This document shows positions 56,580 to 64,000 of a stretch of DNA of 64,000 nucleotides, piece after piece. Every line of letters starts with the position of its first letter. The stretch's first letter is position 1. The position numbers and the translations under genes were made by a program. This stretch comes from Octopus sinensis (taxonomy: Eukaryota), in NCBI RefSeq assembly GCF_006345805.1, contig NC_042997.1, positions 148,428,001 through 148,492,000 of the forward strand, written 5' to 3'. Below the pieces are notes generated by a model. The model was not told where the DNA came from, made no database searches, and saw nothing but the letters and a program-made list of their open reading frames with translations.

Positions 56580-56885
56580 TTTATGGCTGCCCCCTCGTTA
56601 TCGAGTATGGCCATTGCACGAAGCTTAACTGTTACTGGTGCTGTGATCGAATGTGACTTTTTAGCCCAGCTAAAGATCTACAATGTCTTGTACAAAATTG
56701 GCAACTAAGACATTTATTGGTAATAGCCGACTGTAGTTGTAACTGGGCTTCATGTAACTTTGCATGTCGTTTAAGTCCTCCTGCCGAATTACACTCTCTT
56801 CCACATGCCCGACAGATATGATTAGTATGGTGTGTTAAACCACCACCAGTGGCCAGGTTGTCACTCATCTGTCTCGTTTTATGAC
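56580..56885 (-). mobile_element. 3' end of an RTE-like LINE with two C2H2 fingers
   Basis: CRACGRECNSAGGLKRHAKLH and CQFCTRHCRSLAGLKSHIRSQH*, with no TGEKP linker. A short 3' UTR ggccatactcgataacgaggggcagcc runs into (TA)n. Confidence 0.7.
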
Positions 56886-57779
56886 TACATACATACATAC
56901 ATACATTCATACATATATGTATTTATGTATGTGGGCAGATATACGTGTGTATGCATGTGTGTGTACATTTGTATATACGTTCATATGTAGGTAGTGTAAG
57001 TTAGTGTTCGTGTTGATATCTGTGTATTTTCTTGCTTATTTAATAATCGAAACAAATTTTTGTCGAACTCTTTATGTGTACCTTATGTAAGCTGAGATAT
57101 CAGATTCATGTATTTCTTGTCAAGTGGCATAGCTTCACATGCCTATTCATTATAATAAAACTTCTAAATCTCCAAATCAAAGAAGCCGATGTATGTTCCA
57201 CTTTGTTTAACATGGAGATCAGTGAGTAAGAAAGCTGAGAAAAACCGCGATATCATAGAGAACAATGGTAATTGCCCTGTCCCAATTATATTCATATCAG
57301 AATATATCAGGTTTCTAGTGGTAGACAAAAAGTAATTAAGCACTCTGTATGGGAAAATAGAGCCTCATTGCAGGTAATCTCATATGACAATACGTGATAT
57401 AGCCTGCTTGCTCTAACTATTATGTCATACGTTTTGGATAACTGTAAAATGACTACGTGTCAATAACGATGGTAATAAATGCGTTCCTTATCAATCTAAC
57501 TGTCGTTGACATCATGTTATCTTCTTCCCCGTCACTGTTGTGTTTATCATTACCATCACCATCAACAGCATTATCGCTGTCGTCGTCGTCATCGTCGTCA
57601 TCACCATCGTCATTAACATCAACATCCTCATCCTCATCTTCATGTTTTCACAAATCAACATTTAAATTACTCGGAGAATTACAAGGAGTTAAGGATCATT
57701 CATTTCGTTCACTTTCATAGAAATAAAAACATGAATTAAATTAATGCATTTAATCGTGTAATTGAATTTGTGGTACATA

Positions 57780-58023
57780 ATGTCTTTAATTAAAATTGTA
57801 TTTACACACACACATGCATGCACACACACACATGCATGCACACACACATGCACGTACACACACATGGATGCACACACACTTACACTAACATGCATGTACA
57901 TACACACAAACTCACACACACACACATGTATATATATATACATACACATGTATGTATATATACATAGATGTAAATACATATACACAGGCATATATCTGAA
58001 TATCTATATTTATACATATACCA

Positions 58024-58061
<38 letters not shown>

Positions 58062-58122
58062 ATGTGTGTGTGTATGTGTGGTATACATATACACAATACA
58101 TGTATATATAGACATATATATA

Positions 58123-58178
<56 letters not shown>

Positions 58179-58440
58179 CATGTTCACATGCCCCGACATG
58201 TATATACATACGTCGATTCATGTATGTATATATATATATATACATATATATACACACATATATATATAGAGAGAGAGATATGTGTGTGTATATGTATATA
58301 TACATATATATACATGCATGAATCTACGCATGTATATACATGTCTGAGCATGTGCACATGTGTGTGTATGTATGCCAGAGTAAATGTTTGGGTGTATGTT
58401 AGTGTCCATATATGTGTGTGTGCATATGATTCGTATAATC
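57780..58440. repeat. long compound (CA)/(TA)/(TG) microsatellite field
   Basis: Read directly; source of the 241-aa artefact ORF. Confidence 0.9.
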
Positions 58441-59873
58441 TTGCGCCTTCATGTTATTCATTACAAGACATTGGCACAATAGTGTAATTGGCTGATTGAA
58501 TAAATTGAATTCCTGCTGAGAAAAATCACATTTGATAATCTATTCAATAGGCAATCAACGAATATAATGAATCCTGTTATACTGAATTAAAACGAAATTA
58601 GAAAAGCAGCGAAAATAAAACGGAAAACAAAAGATGAAATATTATATAACAATATTATTATATAACAACGCAATACACGTATGTGTGTATGTGTGTATGC
58701 AGCATATTATAGACAACGAAGCGTAAAATTCTTTTAAAACAGAGGCAGCGATTTGCTAAGTATAATTTATTAGTAGTGCTTGAAAATATGAAGATGCAGG
58801 TAATAACAGCATCAGCAGCCACAACAACAGCAACAGTAAAAACAACAACACTAGCAATAATAACAACCGACTGAGGTTCCTATGCTTGTGTATATGTAGA
58901 TTTTATTTACGAAGAAACAATGAAATTTGTTTTATCAGATATGTATAGACTACATAAATATCTCCTCTACGTAACACGAGTCCTCTATAAAATTTAATGC
59001 TGATATATTCTAAGGATCTAGATATAACTTCTGCCCAAATAAATGCAATTTAAGAGCACAGAAATTAATCAAACAAAATTTCAAATGAAACTCACTACAC
59101 CCTCTTTAAGCATCGTCTTAGAAGCAAGTGGATAATACATAGGTTTAGAATTTGAACTTTCATTATATTCACTTCATCATTATTGTTTTAATGCATCGCT
59201 GCAAATCTGTTTAAACCTAGTTTAATATCAGTATATATTTGAATAAGTTATATTTTGCAAGTATTTCTCCCTACCAAATTGCATGCGAATACTGTTCTCA
59301 TTTCGACGATTATATCCTAAAACTTTACTGATTATTTTTGTGGATTCGGATACTATCAATAATCTTCGCTGACTGATCATAAGAACTGTCACGAGTCGCA
59401 CTGTCAGGAGTTAATCAATCTCGTCAACTGGTTTCTTTCGCGTGTTATTGTGTACCGACTATGCGTTTGAAGGTACAATCTCTGCGTGGTATATTTCGTT
59501 ATCTCATTGTATATCAACATGCTGACTGCTCTAAACTTATTACTCGAATCCTTAAACAACGGTGGTTATAGTTTTTTCATTGAAAATAGAATTTCGCACC
59601 ATGTGCTTTGTGATACAAAATAACTGAGTAAGAGTTTACTTTTATTAAAATGTCTGTTCCTGTCCTTGTAAACATATGATGCTTACAATCTATATAAGAT
59701 ATCTAATGAATTCACAAAGATTTTGTATCATTGTGCAATGCATTTTGTTTACTTGCTGTTCATCACGTCATAATTTGGGTGTCAAATGCTCGCTTGAGTC
59801 ACAACAATTTCTCGAACCAAATTTATATAAGTAAGTGATTATGTATGCGTGTATGTATGCACGTATATGTGTG

Positions 59874-59955
<82 letters not shown>

Positions 59956-60070
59956 ATAATGTCAAAGGGAAATGGATTTTAATTAAAATTAAAACATTCA
60001 ATCAAAATTTACATTTCCAGTGGTCTAACGTGCAAACAAAATTAGTCAAGAAGACTATATATTAGTCATA

Positions 60071-60534
60071 CGATATAGTGTATATTTAAACACATAATGA
60101 ATTCACTTATAGGGAATTCAGTACGCTAGAAAGAACAGCTAGGTTCTGTAAACCACATAAATAACGGATAAATTTCGACAGGAATAAATTTGGAAATGAA
60201 AAACATTTACCATCTAGTACCCTGGACCAATTGGTTTCTGATCCTCTTTTAGCAAGTCAAGGAGAACTTGCAAGGTCTGATTTTCTTCAGCAAGGTCCAA
60301 CCTAGGGCTAAACGTATCCAACACGAGACAAACAAGGCTACTTGTCTCGTGTTTATACGAACTAACTTTCCAAATTTTACTGCGCAGACGCAGTCCTACG
60401 TTGGCTACCATGAAAACCCGCCAACTGTCGAATTTTGTCCGTTATTTTTGTGGTTTACAGAAACTACCTGTTCTTTCTAGCGTGCTGAATTCCTTATAAG
60501 TGGATTCCTTATGTGTTTAAATATACACTATATC

Positions 60535-60535
<1 letters not shown>
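60071..60535. mobile_element. 465-bp MITE with 111-bp TIRs
   Basis: TIRs at 60071-60181 and 60425-60535, TA on both sides; internal 12-bp perfect hairpin at 60320-60353. Confidence 0.88.
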
Positions 60536-60593
<58 letters not shown>

Positions 60594-60869
60594 GGTGACT
60601 TGTTCGCAATTTTACAGTCACAAGGCAGAAATATAGAAATCACTAAAGTGACTGAGGACACAAATGAGCAGTATTGCTAGAAATAAGAGTTAAAAAACTC
60701 ATAGCCACAAGAAGAACCTATCTTACTTGAGAAGGGAGGCAAGCTACCTCAGCGCATGGGCTTATCGAGATCAGTAATACCTGGGCTAGTATAAGCATTG
60801 GCGTCACAGTTTATATTTTATACGTATGAGATCTCTACATATCCATTATTATTATCATCACTACAGGGG

Positions 60870-62050
60870 CTTAAATAATTATTGACAATATTATTATTAA
60901 TTCCTCTTGCTAATTTTATTTTTCTTCTGTTAAACCTGGCTTTGATGTTACCTATATTGGGAAGGGTAGAATATGACGTGCTGGTTGTTTTACGGGAAAA
61001 TATTCCATTATATTTACGTAATGCAGGGAAGCTTTGATCTAAAATTGCCACAAATTTATTACATATGCTGGCAGATATAGCGCAGTTGAAGGGAATGTTA
61101 TACCATTTTATGTATATGAGGGCGGAATCTATCTGCTCTTCTTCTGCCTTCCAAAACTCACAAATTGATTATTAGTTATGGATAAACTATTGGTATTTAT
61201 CTTATCATTAGAGGGTGACATAATCCGCTCAGTCCTCTCTACAGTTGTATTAGCTATTGATCTTACTTACCTTAGAATCTTATATTCCTATTGTTACATA
61301 TCTTATTCTTTGATTTAATAGGGGCGTTGGATGCTTTCGCAGTCGGTTCGTTTTCCCGACCAAATGGGCTTTTATCCTCCTTCTCACTGAAATTCCGATT
61401 ATTATTATTATTAGTAGTTGTTATACTTTCTGGATTAAGAAAAGTATCCTGCCTTAGACAGAGCGAAGTTATAGTGGGGGGGGGGGTAAAACTTCGAAAA
61501 TGTTTATATCAGCTGATAATTTCATAATTCTTCAAGAAATACCTTTAACTACTGATTTTAATGTATTAGGGGGATGATTAGAGGATTTGTTCCCATACCT
61601 CGTAACTTCGTCAGGTTTTCTGTATGTGTAGTATAGGCTTGAGTTAATATCTAAAATAGTGTATAAGAAGTTAGCCACCTTTGTACTATGTTCGAAAGTG
61701 AGTCCTAAGTTGAAGCTTCTGAAAAGTTTCCTTATTTTTTCCTCATACATTCTATGACATATTTATTATTCCTAGGATTAACGAATAAACCATCATCCCT
61801 ATGTAGACCGCCCTGCAATTCAGAGATTCACTACTAATGCACTTTAAATGATAGGCACCAACTAAATCAATAATTTGAGCTGAATCGCTCGAGCCCATAA
61901 CAATATCAGAATTATCAAGGCCATAGCAATATCCATAACCCATCCTTGAAATCTATGATAGTCTTCATAACTAATAATGTCTATTTTACCCTAGTTATGA
62001 GGGAGAGGTTTTCAGAAAATATCGGGGATTGTTAAGGAGAATAGGAGAAA
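60870..62050 (-). mobile_element. Penelope-like element RT fragment
   Basis: MGSSDSAQIIDLVG, GGLHRDDGL (HRDD at 61792-61803), NFL..LDINSSLYY.YRKP, KSSNHPPN, WYNIPFN, FSRKT..SYSTLPN. Multiple frameshifts; no GIY-YIG seen. Confidence 0.9.
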
Positions 62051-62077
62051 ATGAATTACCATAGAGTCAAAAGAAAC

Positions 62078-62190
62078 GTCTTAACCATACAGATTTGTCA
62101 TTTCTCATCTCCTGTTATTTCCAGCACGCTACTATGTCATGGAACTATTTGTTTTCGGAATTATGTTTGTTGTTGTTGTTGTTGTTGTTG

Positions 62191-62251
<61 letters not shown>

Positions 62252-62312
62252 CATTATTATTATATATACACACACATATATATATACTATGTTTGTTATA
62301 ATATATATATGC

Positions 62313-62377
<65 letters not shown>

Positions 62378-62942
62378 TGTATATATATTTACATGTATAT
62401 GTCTTTGTGAGTTTGTATGTGTATGAGAGAGAGAGGGTGTGTGTGTGCGTGTGTGTGTGTGGTGTGTACGTGCGTGTGTGTATGTATTTATATACCTGTG
62501 AGAATATGTACACACAATCAATAGAGCAATCCTCTTAGAAGGGATCGGTAAATCAGAGGCTTCAGCAACTAACACATCGTGATGCTCTAATGGTGGATAG
62601 TTTTCTACTTAAAATCATATCTACCATGAAATGCTAATTTGTGTGCCAAATTTGTTCATCAATGTTTCCTCAAGACGAAATACTTCGCTGAAATTTCATG
62701 TCGCAAACCAAGTCGTGTTGAATCCATTTAGCTAATTATTCGACGTACTATACTAAACTTTTGAAAAAGAATAGCAAAATAAGTGAATATATAAAAGCTG
62801 TCTAACTTGTTGCGTATTACAATGAAACTGAATTAGTATGAACTCAAAACAAATGTCTTAACCATACAGATTTGTCATTTCGCATCTCCTGTTATTTCCA
62901 GCACGCTACTCTGTCATAGAAGTATTCGTTTCTGGAATTATG
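62078..62942 (+). repeat. 88-bp direct repeat pair (62078-62165, 62855-62942)
   Basis: gtcttaaccatacagatttgtcatttc.catctcctgttatttccagcacgctact.tgtcat occurs twice, 777 bp apart. Confidence 0.9.
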
Positions 62943-64000
62943 CTTGTTATAATATAATCTATTTCTAGTGTATATGTTATCTCTCTTGTTTATTAAAAAT
63001 GACTTCAGTTCTAATGTATAGAAACATGTAATTAACCATTGGTGAATATTTTAATTAATATGAATTAAATTATAGCAATCCTTACTGATTACTGGACCAT
63101 TGATAATGATTTATAAATCCAATTTGCAGATCAATTTGAATGAATATTTCACAAATATTCAATTAGGTTCGTAGCAAATAAAACAGATGAAGTAATGTTG
63201 TAAGGAACCTATTCCATTGACACTCATTCTCATTATAATAATTGTAGTGATAACGCCGTTTGCGTCATTCGTTGAATACCCATCTGGACACGATGTAGAT
63301 TGTGTATACACGTGTCCAAAATTACATGTTATTTGTTTATTCTATTTAATCGAGAAACATTTGCTGCTGCTGCTGCTGCTACTACTACTACTACTACTAC
63401 ACATATGTGTATACATATAATATAGTTAGATATACATACACATATACATAGATACATATATACATACAGCATACAGATAATTTATATATATATATATGTG
63501 TATATGTATGCGTATACCTATGTATATATATACATATATAGAGAGAGACGGAGAAAGAAAGAGGCATATATATATGTTTATATATATATACTATGGGAGA
63601 TGCTTCGGTGTGTATGGTCTGGTCCTAGAGATTTAATTCATGTTCAATACTGGTAGATGTCTCTAGTAATTCGAATCTATTTGACGATAACAATTCTTAA
63701 AATCTCATTATCCAAACGTTGAAGAAAGATGCCGTAGACACGTATTGAACGTTTTTACAGCGTATACAGAAATTTACTGCATTTTTACATACAGTTGTTG
63801 TGTTAAAAAATTACTGTTATTTGTACAGTCAAGAAAATCTATGCTACATCAGCACCTAAGCTAATGCTGACGTAAATGAATATGAAAAAGTTTAACTGCA
63901 TCTCCAATTTTTGAACTATGGGTTCCGCCCTAATTTAGGGCCGCGAAGCGAAATGCTGGTGTCGCGAAAATTAAGATCAAGAACTTTAGTTTCAATTTAT

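Noticed and set aside
56632-56885. Host C2H2 zinc-finger gene fragment
   Set aside because: No TGEKP linkers and only two widely spaced fingers, followed by a stop, a short LINE-like UTR and a microsatellite; better explained as an RTE end.

Overview
AT-rich, microsatellite-dense animal genomic DNA. The SINE families and repeat make-up suggest a coleoid cephalopod (octopus-like); that is an inference. I cannot support any host protein-coding gene, so the window reads as intergenic or deep intronic. Most tracked ORFs are translations of (AT)n/(CA)n/(ATCT)n/(AAT)n repeats. The recognisable content is decayed mobile DNA: LINE fragments of six clades (Tx1/L1, RTE x2, CR1 x2, R4/Dong-like, Hero/R2-like, Penelope-like), a Tc1 element, an internally deleted mariner, several MITEs and a foldback, and at least four tRNA-derived SINE families. 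The most interesting signal is a set of minimal type I hammerhead ribozyme motifs in three unrelated repeat contexts. One pair sits in a ~1 kb mirror-symmetric structure (10080-11060) whose two arms each read tRNA-like head, (AAT)n, hammerhead module, suggesting a Pol III SINE carrying a hammerhead. Element boundaries were read by eye and are approximate unless a TIR or TSD is given.
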